A DNA stretch of 63,386 nucleotides, filler included, from Octopus bimaculoides (GCF_001194135.2; 7 parts of 7 records of this genome joined end to end with filler, not necessarily neighbours in it), one strand, 5' to 3'. Positions 38,997 through 52,694 are shown, counted from the first letter of the whole stretch. Numbers and translations are program-made. Notes: generated by a model from the sequence alone, not told the origin.

Positions 38997-39391
38997 GTCA
39001 AATATTAATAATTGATTTAAAGACAACACAAGAACAATATAAAGAATTTATGTCATCAGGGTTATTAAAAACAAAGAGAAGCAATAAACAATAATAGCAC
39101 CATCTCAGAACTATTTAAAGACTAAATGAAGAATAATAGACCAGGGTTATATAAGCATATCAATTCCTTAAGCGAATTCGTCTTTGTAGAGATTATTAGG
39201 AAAGTATTTAAAAGTCTTTCTTTATAAATGTAAATATTTTATCTCTCATTTCCGTAGATTAATAAATTATATTGGGAGGTAATGATATGGAATATTTCTT
39301 TAAAACATATATATATGAGTGTGTTTATGTATATGTGTGAGTGTGTGTGTATGTGAGTGCATGTGTGAGTGTGTGTGTATAATATAATATG

Positions 39392-39430
<39 letters not shown>

Positions 39431-40884
39431 NNNNNNNNNNNNNNNNNNNNNNNNNNNNNNNNNNNNNNNNNNNNNNNNNNNNNNNNNNNNNNNNNNNNNN
39501 NNNNNNNNNNNNNNNNNNNNNNNNNNNNNNNNNNNNNNNNNNNNNNNNNNNNNNNNNNNNNNNNNNNNNNNNNNNNNNNNNNNNNNNNNNNNNNNNNNNN
39601 NNNNNNNNNNNNNNNNNNNNNNNNNNNNNNNNNNNNNNNNNNNNNNNNNNNNNNNNNNNNNNNNNNNNNNNNNNNNNNNNNNNNNNNNNNNNNNNNNNNN
39701 NNNNNNNNNNNNNNNNNNNNNNNNNNNNNNNNNNNNNNNNNNNNNNNNNNNNNNNNNNNNNNNNNNNNNNNNNNNNNNNNNNNNNNNNNNNNNNNNNNNN
39801 NNNNNNNNNNNNNNNNNNNNNNNNNNNNNNNNNNNNNNNNNNNNNNNNNNNNNNNNNNNNNNNNNNNNNNNNNNNNNNNNNNNNNNNNNNNNNNNNNNNN
39901 NNNNNNNNNNNNNNNNNNNNNNNNNNNNNNNNNNNNNNNNNNNNNNNNNNNNNNNNNNNNNNNNNNNNNNNNNNNNNNNNNNNNNNNNNNNNNNNNNNNN
40001 NNNNNNNNNNNNNNNNNNNNNNNNNNNNNNNNNNNNNNNNNNNNNNNNNNNNNNNNNNNNNNNNNNNNNNNNNNNNNNNNNNNNNNNNNNNNNNNNNNNN
40101 NNNNNNNNNNNNNNNNNNNNNNNNNNNNNNNNNNNNNNNNNNNNNNNNNNNNNNNNNNNNNATAAATAAGATGACAAATGGAAATTACGCAGGGACACAA
40201 TCCGCATTGATAATAACTAGTAAAGTAACCCTCAACGTCCTTGATGCGGCAAGCAAAAATACTTCAAACATTTAAGCAATCAAACCAAATTGAGAAGAGG
40301 CATACCGTTGAAGCAATGCTTAAATCTCTCCAAGGCGCACAGGGGAAACAAATCAGCTTGACTCCAACTGAAAATTTTCCATTAAACTTTATAAATCCGA
40401 TACATTTGTGGGAAGCAAGCATTAGAACTTGTAAACTACATTACTTTTGCATTGGTGCTCGTGATAGTCTTGGTTAATCTTTTTAGCAAAATCTAATGTT
40501 TTACTGCTATTGTAGTTGAGATAATTATCTACTTGTTAAAGTATGTCATTGGTTCGTACGCATGAGAAGTTATGTCTGCTGCTAGTAGAATTTACAGGAA
40601 ATTTTAAACACAAAATAACCAGCGAAGTGTATTTACGTGAATTAAGGTTTGCTATCTGTTTCTAGTGATAGTAATTTTACGTTTCAACACCCTTTATGAA
40701 GCTATTATAATATATAAATATGTAATTATGGTTTTTTTTTTATTTAACAAAGACCATAGAATATTGTGTTTCTGTTTTCCCTTTATAGAATTGCGTTAAT
40801 ATTTCTGTTTCTCTGCAGATATTATATACGTATGCATATGTGAGCGTAGGCAGGTGTGTATGTGCACACACAAACACACACACA

Positions 40885-40973
<89 letters not shown>

Positions 40974-41364
40974 TTACATATATATACACGCATATGTATA
41001 CAAATACATATTGTCTACATATATGTGTGTATGTGTGTGAATGTGCATACGTATACATATACGTGAATGTATGTTTATACATACGCATATTTACACACAT
41101 ACAAACACACATATATATGCATATGCATTTATATATATATGTATATATATATGTGTGTGTGTATATAAATATATATATATATGTTTGAAATAGTATTGTA
41201 GTGTTGGAACTAGATTAGAGTTTGATAGCTTTTTCACCAGTTTGTGAAGTCAATATCACTTGATGCAGCATGTATGTGTGTGTATGTATATATGTGTGTA
41301 TATATGTGCGTGTATACATGAGTGTATGTGTATGTATGTTCACAAATATACTATATATCTTTTT

Positions 41365-41690
41365 TTTTTTGTTTCAGTCATTTCATAGCAGTCATGCTGG
41401 ACCACCGCTTTTAGTCGAGCAAATCAACCCCATGAGTTGTTCTTTGTAAAGGTAGCACTTATTCTATCGGACTTTTTTACCGAACAGCTAAGTTACGGGG
41501 ACGTAAAGGCACCAACGTCGGTTGGGGGGACAAACACAGACANNNNNNNNNNNNNNNNNNNNNNNNNNNNNNNNNNNNNNNNNNNNTTAATTAATTAANN
41601 NNNNNNNNNNNNNNNNNNNNNNNNNNNNNNNNNNNNNNNNNNACCCGGAACTATGTGGTTGGGAAGCAAACTTCTTACCACACACCTACG
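41365..41690 (-). mobile_element. SINE family A split by a gap at its internal microsatellite
   Basis: 3' half at 41365-41522; head fragment at 41643-41690. Confidence 0.75.
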
Positions 41691-41792
41691 TGTATATAAT
41701 GCACATTATTTTCTTTTATTCTTTTACATGTCTCAGTCATTTGACTGCGGCCATGCCGGAGCACTGCCTGAAAAGATATATATGTGAATTAT

Positions 41793-41890
<98 letters not shown>

Positions 41891-42209
41891 CCAACGGTGA
41901 GTGTGCTCATTTAGCAAATTAAATGGCTAATAAACTTCGTATGTTTTTCGGTGGATTGGTTTATGTTTCAGGGTTAAGGTTAAGTTGAAGAATATTCAAA
42001 ATTGCTTTCTCTAAATACGTAGATGTATTTTCATACACACACACACACACACACACACTCACGTATACACTCATACATATACGTACGCGGGAGTATACAT
42101 ATGTTCACATACAGTAGCAGAGACGAACAGATAGAAAAGGAGATTGAGACATAAAGAGAGACATACAGACAGTCAAATCGACACACACTCTCACTCAAAC
42201 TGACATGCT

Positions 42210-42271
<62 letters not shown>

Positions 42272-42851
42272 AATACCTACATACATCCATATATAAAATA
42301 TATACACATTTTTATTCATCATACAAACATACATCACGCACATATTATACACACACACACATTAATCACACATACCTAGTTAACTACATGCATACATCAT
42401 TCACACTACATACACGCAAACATACATGCATACATACATTCAGACAGGCAGGCAGGCAGACAGACAGACTTACACAAGTTATAGACGGCATAGCTGTGCT
42501 TCGCTTCACTATCGCATTGTTTTGCATCCAGTCCCATTTCGCGGCAAGTAGCTCGGGCCATAGTCTTACCTCGATCAAACCCTTGTGAAACCCTGTCACG
42601 GGCAAATGATGCTCTTCTTGTGAAGTAGACTTAATCAGTCTTCTATTTAACACCAACACCTTGTGTACAAGTATCTTTAACGGGTCCACTCTGTTACAAG
42701 AATTCGGGCCCTGTCTCTAATTTCAGGATAATTTCCCCCCTTCCTCTAACAGTCTCAAGAAAGAGTCAGGGGCGTAGGGATCATTCTTGTTGCTGAAGCA
42801 TTAAACAAAAAAAGATATAGAGAAAGACTACTATATTGAAACGCAGCCAGG

Positions 42852-42922
<71 letters not shown>

Positions 42923-43520
42923 AATCCGTCTCTCTTTTCAATAGATAAAAAATAATCTGAATTTAAATTCTTAAAATATGAACGAATGTTTTACTCACGG
43001 TGTATCCAAGTAAGGTACAATAAAACAATCAGTGATCCAGGCTAGAATATAAACTTTTTGAAATGGTAAATGTCACGACAGAGTATCTTTCCTCCAGGAC
43101 AGAACACAGTAAAACACTAGAATGACCATCAGACGCTCCATTCATGAAATGTATTCACAATACACAAGTAATATGTACCACATATGTTGTCTCACTGTTA
43201 GCGTCTGTTTACATGTGTTTATGAGAAAATGAGAGAGCTACAAAGAGTGAGAGAGTGAAAGACTGAGTGAGAGAGAGTGAGAAGGGGAGAGAGGGAGGCG
43301 AGGTTCGAAGGAGGCGGTTTTCTGTGGGCGAGTTTAATGCATGTATGAAAGAGTATATATGTAGGTGTGTATGTGTGTGTACTCACGAGCTGTCTATGTA
43401 TATATCAATATACATATATTTATATAAACTTTACATCATTTATGTGTGTGTGAAATTAGAGTGAAAAAAGTTATGTATGCGAGTGTGTGTGTATGTATAT
43501 GTGCGTGTGTGAATGTATGC

Positions 43521-43571
<51 letters not shown>

Positions 43572-44195
43572 NNNNNNNNNNNNNNNNNNNNNNNNNNNNN
43601 NNNNNNNNNNNNNNNNNNNNNNNNNNNNNNNNNNNNNNNNNNNNNNNNNNNNNNNNNNNNNNNNNNNNNNNNNNNNNNNNNNNNNNNNNNNNNNNNNNNN
43701 NNNNNNNNNNNNNNNNNNNNNNNNNNNNNNNNNNNNNNNNNNNNNNNNNNNNNNNNNNNNNNNNNNNNNNNNNNNNNNNNNNNNNNNNNNNNNNNNNNNN
43801 NNNNNNNNNNNNNNNNNNNNNNNNNNNNNNNNNNNNNNNNNNNNNNNNNNNNNNNNNNNNNNNNNNNNNNNNNNNNNNNNNNNNNNNNNNNNNNNNNNNN
43901 NNNNNNNNNNNNNNNNNNNNNNNNNNNNNNNNNNNNNNNNNNNNNNNNNNNNNNNNNNNNNNNNNNNNNNNNNNNNNNNNNNNNNNNNNNNNNNNNNNNN
44001 NNNNNNNNNNNNNNNNNNNNNNNNNNNNNNNNNNNNNNNNNNNNNNNNNNNNNNNNNNNNNNNNNNNNNNNNNNNNNNNNNNNNNNNNNNNNNNNNNNNN
44101 NNNNNNNNNNNNNNNNNNNNNNNNNNNNNNNNNNNNNNNNNNNNNNNNNNNNNNNNNNNNNNNNNNNNNNNNNTATATATATATTCTTTTACACT

Positions 44196-44400
44196 TATTC
44201 TCTTTTACTTGTTTCAGTCATTTGAGTGCGGCCATGCTGGAGCACCGTCTTTTAGTCGAACAAATCGACCGCAGGACTTTGTCTTTATAAGCCTAGTACT
44301 TATTCTATAAGTCTCTTTTGCCGAACCGCTAGATGACGGGGACGTAAACACCCCAACATCGGTTGTCAAGCGGTGATGGAGGGACAAACACAGACATACA
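44196..44400 (-). mobile_element. SINE family A 3' half
   Basis: ttttacttgtttcagtcatttgagtgcggccatgctggagcaccg...ggggacgtaaacacc...ggacaaacacaga. Confidence 0.88.
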
Positions 44401-44411
44401 AACATACACAC

Positions 44412-44453
<42 letters not shown>

Positions 44454-45983
44454 GTATATAATAATATAAATATATACTTATATGCATATATACATACGTA
44501 TATGTACATACCTATATCTATACCTATATATATATATAAAAACAAATAGTAAATGAGTATATGCATATATACGTACAGGTATGTGCGTACCGACATCCAC
44601 CTGTATGTATAGGTGCATATCTGGGTACAGGACATTGCAAACAAAACGTAGACGAGAAAACACACAAGCCACATAGAGAACATTCTACTTCATCAGCTAA
44701 CCCCGTTTTAACACCGGCGTTTCGAAGAGCGGGGCAGGACGCATCGTTAAAACGGCTCTTCCCATGGACCGCAAATTAAATTTGTATATATATATATATA
44801 TTATGATTGACCGTTGACTGAACACTATTCAATTTTTTTTCTCCGTGTTTTTCTCCTTGTCTCCGTNNNNNNNNNNNNNNNNNNNNNNNNNNNNNNNNNN
44901 NNNNNNNNNNNNNNNNNNNNNNNNNNNNNNNNNNNNNNNNNNNNNNNNNNNNNNNNNNNNNNNNNNNNNNNNNNNNNNNNNNNNNNNNNNNNNNNNNNNN
45001 NNNNNNNNNNNNNNNNNNNNNNNNNNNNNNNNNNNNNNNNNNNNNNNNNNNNNNNNNNNNNNNNNNNNNNNNNNNNNNNNNNNNNNNNNNNNNNNNNNNN
45101 NNNNNNNNNNNNNNNNNNNNNNNNNNNNNNNNNNNNNNNNNNNNNNNNNNNNNNNNNNNNNNNNNNNNNNNNNNNNNNNNNNNNNNNNNNNNNNNNNNNN
45201 NNNNNNNNNNNNNNNNNNNNNNNNNNNNNNNNNNNNNNNNNNNNNNNNNNNNNNNNNNNNNNNNNNNNNNNNNNNNNNNNNNNNNNNNNNNNNNNNNNNN
45301 NNNNNNNNNNNNNNNNNNNNNNNNNNNNNNNNNNNNNNNNNNNNNNNNNNNNNNNNNNNNNNNNNNNNNNNNNNNNNNNNNNNNNNNNNNNNNNNNNNNN
45401 NNNNNNNNNNNNNNNNNNNNNNNNNNNNNNNNNNNNNNNNNNNNNNNNNNNNNNNNNNNNNNNNNNNNNNNNNNNNNNNNNNNNNNNNNNNNNNNNNNNN
45501 NNNNNNNNNNNNNNNNNNNNNNNNNNNNNNNNNNNNNNNNNNNNNNNNNNNNNNNNNNNNNNNNNNNNNNNNNNNNNNNNNNNNNNNNNNNNNNNNNNNN
45601 NNNNNNNNNNNNNNNNNNNNNNNNNNNNNNNAAATATACCTTGATGTATGTACATTTCAAGTATGTAGGAATTTTGAAGGAAACAACTGCAGGTTATTTT
45701 TGAGAAGTGTTCCCCACTCGGTGGTGTTTCGGAGCAAGTCGTCCATATTTGTTTCATTTTTCTCTATTATGTGCGTAAGTGCATCCATAGATTTCTAATG
45801 AAGTAATAGGCAGTGAAGAGAAGCCGTCATAAGAAAACTTTTAACTACCTCTAATTCCTTTCTCCCCCTCTCTCTACCTCTTCCTCTCTCGCTCTCTCAA
45901 ACGCATACACGTGCAAGTACACAATCATTCAGTAAAATATAACTCATGTCCGTCAATGTTTTGTAAATATACCACGATTTCAC

Positions 45984-46188
45984 TAGGGTGTTAGGGTTAG
46001 GGTTACGGTTAGGGTTAAGATTAGTGTTACGGTTTTAGAGTCAGGGTTAGGGTTTAGGGTTAGGGTTACAGTTAGGGTTAGAATTAGTGTTACGGTTACG
46101 GTTTTAGGGTCAGGGTTAGGGTTTTAGGGTTAGGGTTAGGGTTTAGCGTTAATGCTAGGGTTAGGGTTAGGGTTAGGGTTAGGGTTAG
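45984..46188 (+). repeat. Interstitial telomere-like (TTAGGG)n tract with variant units
   Basis: Many perfect TTAGGG units mixed with TTACGG, TTAGTG, TCAGGG and TTTAGGG. Confidence 0.9.
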
Positions 46189-47149
46189 ATAGAATTCTGG
46201 CAAAACTGTGTACCAACAGATCGCCAGCAATTGCTTCATCACAAATTGCCATCCTAGCTCCTGCGAAAACGGATTACCCTGCTATGTATAATCAGGGCAG
46301 CGCAAAAAGTTGTTTTGCACAAACATTTGTATAGCCAATTAGACGGATGAAATTTACGTACGCTTAATAATGTTACGCCAAACAGCCTTCAGACTTTCCC
46401 TATTAATTTCATCGTCNNNNNNNNNNNNNNNNNNNNNNNNNNNNNNNNNNNNNNNNNNNNNNNNNNNNNNNNNNNNNNNNNNNNNNNNNNNNNNNNNNNN
46501 NNNNNNNNNNNNNNNNNNNNNNNNNNNNNNNNNNNNNNNNNNNNNNNNNNNNNNNNNNNNNNNNNNNNNNNNNNNNNNNNNNNNNNNNNNNNNNNNNNNN
46601 NNNNNNNNNNNNNNNNNNNNNNNNNNNNNNNNNNNNNNNNNNNNNNNNNNNNNNNNNNNNNNNNNNNNNNNNNNNNNNNNNNNNNNNNNNNNNNNNNNNN
46701 NNNNNNNNNNNNNNNNNNNNNNNNNNNNNNNNNNNNNNNNNNNNNNNNNNNNNNNNNNNNNNNNNNNNNNNNNNNNNNNNNNNNNNNNNNNNNNNNNNNN
46801 NNNNNNNNNNNNNNNNNNNNNNNNNNNNNNNNNNNNNNNNNNNNNNNNNNNNNNNNNNNNNNNNNNNNNNNNNNNNNNNNNNNNNNNNNNNNNNNNNNNN
46901 NNNNNNNNNNNNNNNNNNNNNNNNNNNNNTCGTATTTCGAGCATTTAACAACAATATACGCTTTCGATAAAACAGTTGCTCTCGCAAAGCAAATTAAATA
47001 AAATTTGGGATTTTGCGGAGGGTCAAAATTGGTAACACAAACAGAACAGTGAAAACAAGCAAAGAAGGGCTGCTAGGCCTAAACGAGGTTGTGGTGGCGA
47101 ACGCGTAAATCGAGCTAGGACAGGAGACACGTCTTCCTTGTTCCAGCTG

Positions 47150-47297
47150 CGACGGGCTCCTTTCAGTCTCCGCCTACGAAATCCACTCACAAGGCTTTGG
47201 TCGGCCCGAGGCTATAGTAGGTGCCATGCAGTGGGACTGAACCCAGGACCATGTGGTTGGTAAACAAGCAACTTAACACACAGTCACTCCTGTGCCT
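47150..47297 (-). mobile_element. SINE family A 5' half
   Basis: Reverse complement of the head and core of 21914-22077. Confidence 0.88.
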
Positions 47298-47327
47298 ATA
47301 TATACTTTTTCTTCCAAAATGTTCGTT

Positions 47328-47475
47328 CTGTGGTAAGAAGCTTGTTTCCTAACCACATGATTCCGGGTTCAGTCCTACTGCATGGTGCCTTGGGAAAGTG
47401 TCTTCAACCATTGCCTCGGGCCGACCAAAGCCTTGTGAGTGGATTTGGTAGACGGAAACTGAAAGAAACCCGTCG
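47328..47475 (+). mobile_element. SINE family A 5' half followed by microsatellite
   Basis: tgtggtaagaagcttg...gggttcagtcc...gtggatttggtagacggaaactgaaagaaacccgtcg. Confidence 0.9.
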
Positions 47476-47521
<46 letters not shown>

Positions 47522-47607
47522 ATGTCTGTATTTGTCTACCATATATATATATATATATATATATATGTGTATGTATATATACGTACACACACACAAACAT
47601 ACATATA

Positions 47608-47900
47608 TTTGGCTGTGTGACTGCATGGTAAGTAGTTAGCTTCCCAACCACATGTTTCCGGGTTTAGTCCCACTACGTGGCACCTTTGGCAAGTGTCTTC
47701 TATAGCCTCAGACCGACTAAAGCCTTGTCAGTGGATTTGGTAGACAGCAATTGAAAGAAGCCCGTCGTTTATATATAACCATGTGTGTGTGTTTGGTGTC
47801 TGTGTTTGTCCTCCCGCCCCATCACTGCTTGGCAACCGCAGTTGATGTGTTTACGTCCCCGGATCTAGCAGTTCGGCAAAAGAGTCCGATAGAATAAATG
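47608..47900 (+). mobile_element. SINE family A, 3'-truncated
   Basis: Head, core and part of the 3' half present. Confidence 0.88.
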
Positions 47901-48194
47901 TGTATATATATATACACACATTTATCTGTATATGAAATATGTTTGTATTATTGTAAATATACGTACATATGTATATGTGCGTGTCTGTCTGTCTGTCTGT
48001 ATGTATGTATGTATGTAAGTATGCACAGGTATAATTGAATGCGTCCCGATGTAATAATTCGTTGTCATGATAAATAAAAAGTAAAGTACTCGATATCTAG
48101 GGTTTAGTGCTAGGATAATGCAAAGGCAAAATCCTTTACGAAGAGCTTATTCTTTTCCATAAAAGTATCACAGAAATACATAAATGCACAAGTG

Positions 48195-48340
48195 CCTCAG
48201 AAGTTTCCTTCTCAATCAGTTCCGGGTTCAGTCCTACTACGAGGTACCTTGGGCAAGTATCTTCTAGTGTAGCATCAGGCTGACCAAATCTTTGTGAGTG
48301 TATTTGGTAGACGGAAACTGAAAGAAACCCATCGTTTATG
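48195..48340 (+). mobile_element. SINE family A 5' half running into a gap
   Basis: gggttcagtcctact...ttggtagacggaaactgaaagaaacccatcg. Confidence 0.82.
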
Positions 48341-49220
48341 NNNNNNNNNNNNNNNNNNNNNNNNNNNNNNNNNNNNNNNNNNNNNNNNNNNNNNNNNNNN
48401 NNNNNNNNNNNNNNNNNNNNNNNNNNNNNNNNNNNNNNNNNNNNNNNNNNNNNNNNNNNNNNNNNNNNNNNNNNNNNNNNNNNNNNNNNNNNNNNNNNNN
48501 NNNNNNNNNNNNNNNNNNNNNNNNNNNNNNNNNNNNNNNNNNNNNNNNNNNNNNNNNNNNNNNNNNNNNNNNNNNNNNNNNNNNNNNNNNNNNNNNNNNN
48601 NNNNNNNNNNNNNNNNNNNNNNNNNNNNNNNNNNNNNNNNNNNNNNNNNNNNNNNNNNNNNNNNNNNNNNNNNNNNNNNNNNNNNNNNNNNNNNNNNNNN
48701 NNNNNNNNNNNNNNNNNNNNNNNNNNNNNNNNNNNNNNNNNNNNNNNNNNNNNNNNNNNNNNNNNNNNNNNNNNNNNNNNNNNNNNNNNNNNNNNNNNNN
48801 NNNNNNNNNNNNNNNNNNNNNNNNNNNNNNNNNNNNNNNNNNNNNNNNNNNNNNNNNNNNNNNNNNNNNNNNNNNNNNNNNNNNNNNNNNNNNNNNNNNN
48901 NNNNNNNNNNCAAACATATCGTACATATTATATACATATAATATTTAGATGATATACATATATATAATGTACATATTTATATATGATACATACAAGATAA
49001 ATATATATTTACACCTTCAACGTTAAAGGTGCGAAACTGAATATTACCAATTGGTCGATAACTGATGAAGAATTACGGACCTTCTGTTTATCTCCCATTC
49101 GTTTTTACATTCAGTATACGTTATGTCATTTGTTTATACATTTTCTCATTTATTAAGTAATGGAACGCAACACACACCAAATTTGTGTTAAGTTTTTATA
49201 TATTTACATACATATATACA

Positions 49221-49251
<31 letters not shown>

Positions 49252-49959
49252 GTACATACATACATATGAAGAGGTGTGTTAGTGTGTATGTTGGAGAGAT
49301 GGGGAGTGAGAGTTTCTAGAGGGCATTTTTACTTTTAACTCTAGAAATACCAAAATATTTTACCATATCTATCAAAAAGAATTACTTACTTTATATGAAG
49401 AACAACAATTGAAAAAGTTTTGTTAAAGCATCAACCTAAAGTTCATGTTATAAAATGCAAAAGACCAAACTGAGGAATATCATTATATCTGACTGAAGAC
49501 TCGGAGTTCTAGATGAAAGATCGTAAAACTTTTTAGAGTAAAGAGTGGTTTTATTTACAAATCGCAGGATGTAATACATGTAACTATATGTTATGGATGT
49601 TTTAAAAACTATACCAGACAAACTGGATTGTCACTAAGCAAACTAATGATAGTATATGAGACCAAATGAATTATGAGAAAGCAAATTCCGTTAAGGAAAC
49701 AATATGTGTAAGAATGATCAGACCTAATATGAAAATATTTTCAAATTATAGCCCCTCAGAACAACAACAGAGAACAATTAAACGTTCATGAATCCCTTGC
49801 TATAATGACTTCTAGCATATAAAAATAACTGCTGTAAGCTGAAATGCATTTTTTTAAAGATTCTAAAAAAAAATGTGAACTGCTAATTCTTCGTGAATAG
49901 TTTAAGGAATGAAAACTGGTTGGAAGAAATGTGATAAACTAAATATTAACAAAATTATG

Positions 49960-51965
49960 GACCATTTCTGTTTGGTTGCACCTGTAGAATTTCCAGTTTA
50001 GCGAAAATTTTTAAATTTGGTGTATTGATGTAATTTTTTCACGTTGAATCTTAGGAGAAATTTAACTTTTCCCAGAAAATTTTTAAAAGAAAGTTAGAGG
50101 TTTAAAGTTTGATCATTTTTACCCAGTCACAATAGAAGCACGCGTTGTAAACAAATGAAATACTGGCGGAATTCTGCTTTACCATATAATCCCCTCATAA
50201 CTTGGTTTTTTTAATTTTTAGACAATTTTTACGAATTTGTATTCTACACACGAGAATTCATACGATCATGCAAAAATATTTTAAAGCCTATTTAAAAATA
50301 GGTGATTTAAAGCCTATTTAGCTGTTATTTTTAGCACATCTCACGATCAACTCTTACCTCGTGTTTTATGACCACGTGTCTTGACAGGACCACAACAGAG
50401 GGATAAGCAGCTTAGTACCCACTTGGCTTGTTGCTATGGAAACAGGCACCTATATGTCTGTGGTTTTCGATTGGCTAAAATTACCCAAAATTTGCAAACT
50501 TTAAAAGCTATTAACTCTTTATTTATTAATTTATGGCGAAAATTAATTTCATGTCAATGATTATCATACAAATCTCCATCAAAGGATCCAATATGAAATC
50601 AATTGGAACAAACATTCAAGAAATTCAAAAGTGGCAATCAAATAGAAAAGATCCAAATTTATTTAATGCATTAAAAGATACAATTATTTCAATTGAGGTA
50701 TACATTTTCATCCTTAATTTGTGCACACATGCACACGTATGTGTGTCGGGTAATGTAATCGGAAGGAGTTTAGAGAGTAGAGGTGCACGTAACACAAGTC
50801 GATGAAATTGATGCTCAAAGTTAATTTCTATACATTCTATACATAAAACGTAAATAGGGAGTTCTAGTGGGATTTTTTCTGTTTGGTTGCCAGCGTCAAT
50901 TTTCTACTCAAATTGATTCAGTGTAATGATGCACTTTTATAGGTTAAGTAATGACGTGAAAGAATTTTCGCAATAAATCAATAAATACAAAGTTATTAGT
51001 AATTAAAGTTTGAAGATGTTGGTAATTTTAGCTAATCGTAAGCCACAGACACATTCATGGCTGTTTCGATAGTAAGAAGCGGAACAGGAGAACTCTTTTG
51101 TCTCTCAACGTGCCTGTTGCCATAGTAACAAGCGAGTCCGAGCAGTCTTTGAAAGGTCTTTTATCTGCGAGGAAGAACATGTTGACAAATTTGATGCTGT
51201 GTTCTGTGTAATAATGGCAGCAAGCTCCGGTAACTTCGCTTCTATTATGGAAACATTGAAAACGAGGATATTTTTAAAATTAAAGCCGAAGTTAAATGCT
51301 TGTTTTTTAAACATATTTAAATTGTAATTAAACATATTTAAATTATTCGTTTGATGTTCGTTTCTTTTGTCATTGAGCCTTGAGGTGGTTGTGAGGTGTG
51401 CTAAAAATAACAGCTAAATAAGATTTTTTGGATGAATCTTTTAAATTAAAGTTTATTTTCCAACAACTCGCTCGGAGATTTAAAACTAACTGTTTTTCAC
51501 TTTTAAATTAACATAAACATTTATTTACATGAAAGAAAATTACCGGAGAACTTTCATCTAATTCTTCTAAATCTTTGTGTTAAAAATTGCAATGTGTTTA
51601 TCGTATGTAACGTGTTGTTTATTGCATTTGTATTAAACACTGGTGGTTGTGAGGTGTGCTAAAATTAACAGCTAAATAAGATTTATTTACATGAAAGAAA
51701 ATTACCGGAGATATAACACGTTGTTTACAAATATTGACAACCTATGCTATATTCAGGATGTTGACAACAAAATGTGCAGTCACGCACAAAATGACAGCTT
51801 GCAAGTCCTGTTTCTTAACTAGATGAAAATAATCAAACTTTAAACCTCTATAACATTTCAGAAACATTTTTCTCGAAAAAATGAAATAACTCCAGCAATT
51901 CAGTTTGGCCAAGTGTATTATTGTGCCAAATTTTAAAATTTTCAGTAAACTTTAATTTTTGGAGC
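49960..51965. mobile_element. Nested foldback/MITE-like DNA element with long imperfect inverted arms
   Basis: Inner arms 50315-~50660 and ~50870-51420 are reverse complements; outer arms ~49990-50115 and ~51826-51960 are likewise. Confidence 0.7.
50430..50443. promoter_or_regulatory. RFX X-box-like motif GTTGCTATGGAAAC (partner GTTGCCATAGTAAC at 51116-51129)
   Basis: Match to the RFX consensus GTTGCCATGGCAAC; function not shown. Confidence 0.4.
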
Positions 51966-52663
51966 CGCTGACAACCGCTAGTTAGACAGCATTTGGACTT
52001 TGTTGAACTATTGATATAATCGACCAGATTTTATGTTTTCATTGTTGTATTTATAGTCGCTGCTGTTGTAGTAGTTGTTATTGTTTATGTTGTAGCTATT
52101 ATTGTTATTGTTTATCTCCATATCAGCACCGATCCAGTACACATACGATTAACGGTTTTTGATTGGTAATAATCCTGTGTTTTTGGAGGGTTTTATTTAT
52201 TTATTCATTCATTTTTGTCTTACTCTACAATATGCGATGTGACCATTTGTTTTATAAGAACATGGCATGATTTGAGAGATATCTGGTTACTATTTCCAGC
52301 AAGTCAAACGACTACAAGGTCGGGCTGGAGATGATGCCTTGTGTCTGTGGTACAGTTTTCGAAATCTAGGTTACCATGAAAAATAGAAACTACAGCAAGT
52401 TTTTATCAATTTTAAAGATTTTCATTTTTGTTAATGACTACAGGGTGTGGTACAACTCTATTTGCTTAATATTGTGCCTCTACGATATTCAATGAGAATG
52501 TGCTTTCCAGTTCCCATTAAAGAAAGCTCTCAAGGTCATTGTTCTATTGTTCAGTTTATATCTAGTGAGATGTAAATCTCACGTTGCGGAAGCTATTGTA
52601 GTGGTCACTAAGGAGGGAAGGTGAGAGATTTAAAGTACTGAAAGAGGTGATTATTAATAACCT

Positions 52664-52694
<31 letters not shown>

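Noticed and set aside
39239-48952. ORFs of 190-320 aa in the track
   Set aside because: Composed of X from N gaps plus CA/TA repeats
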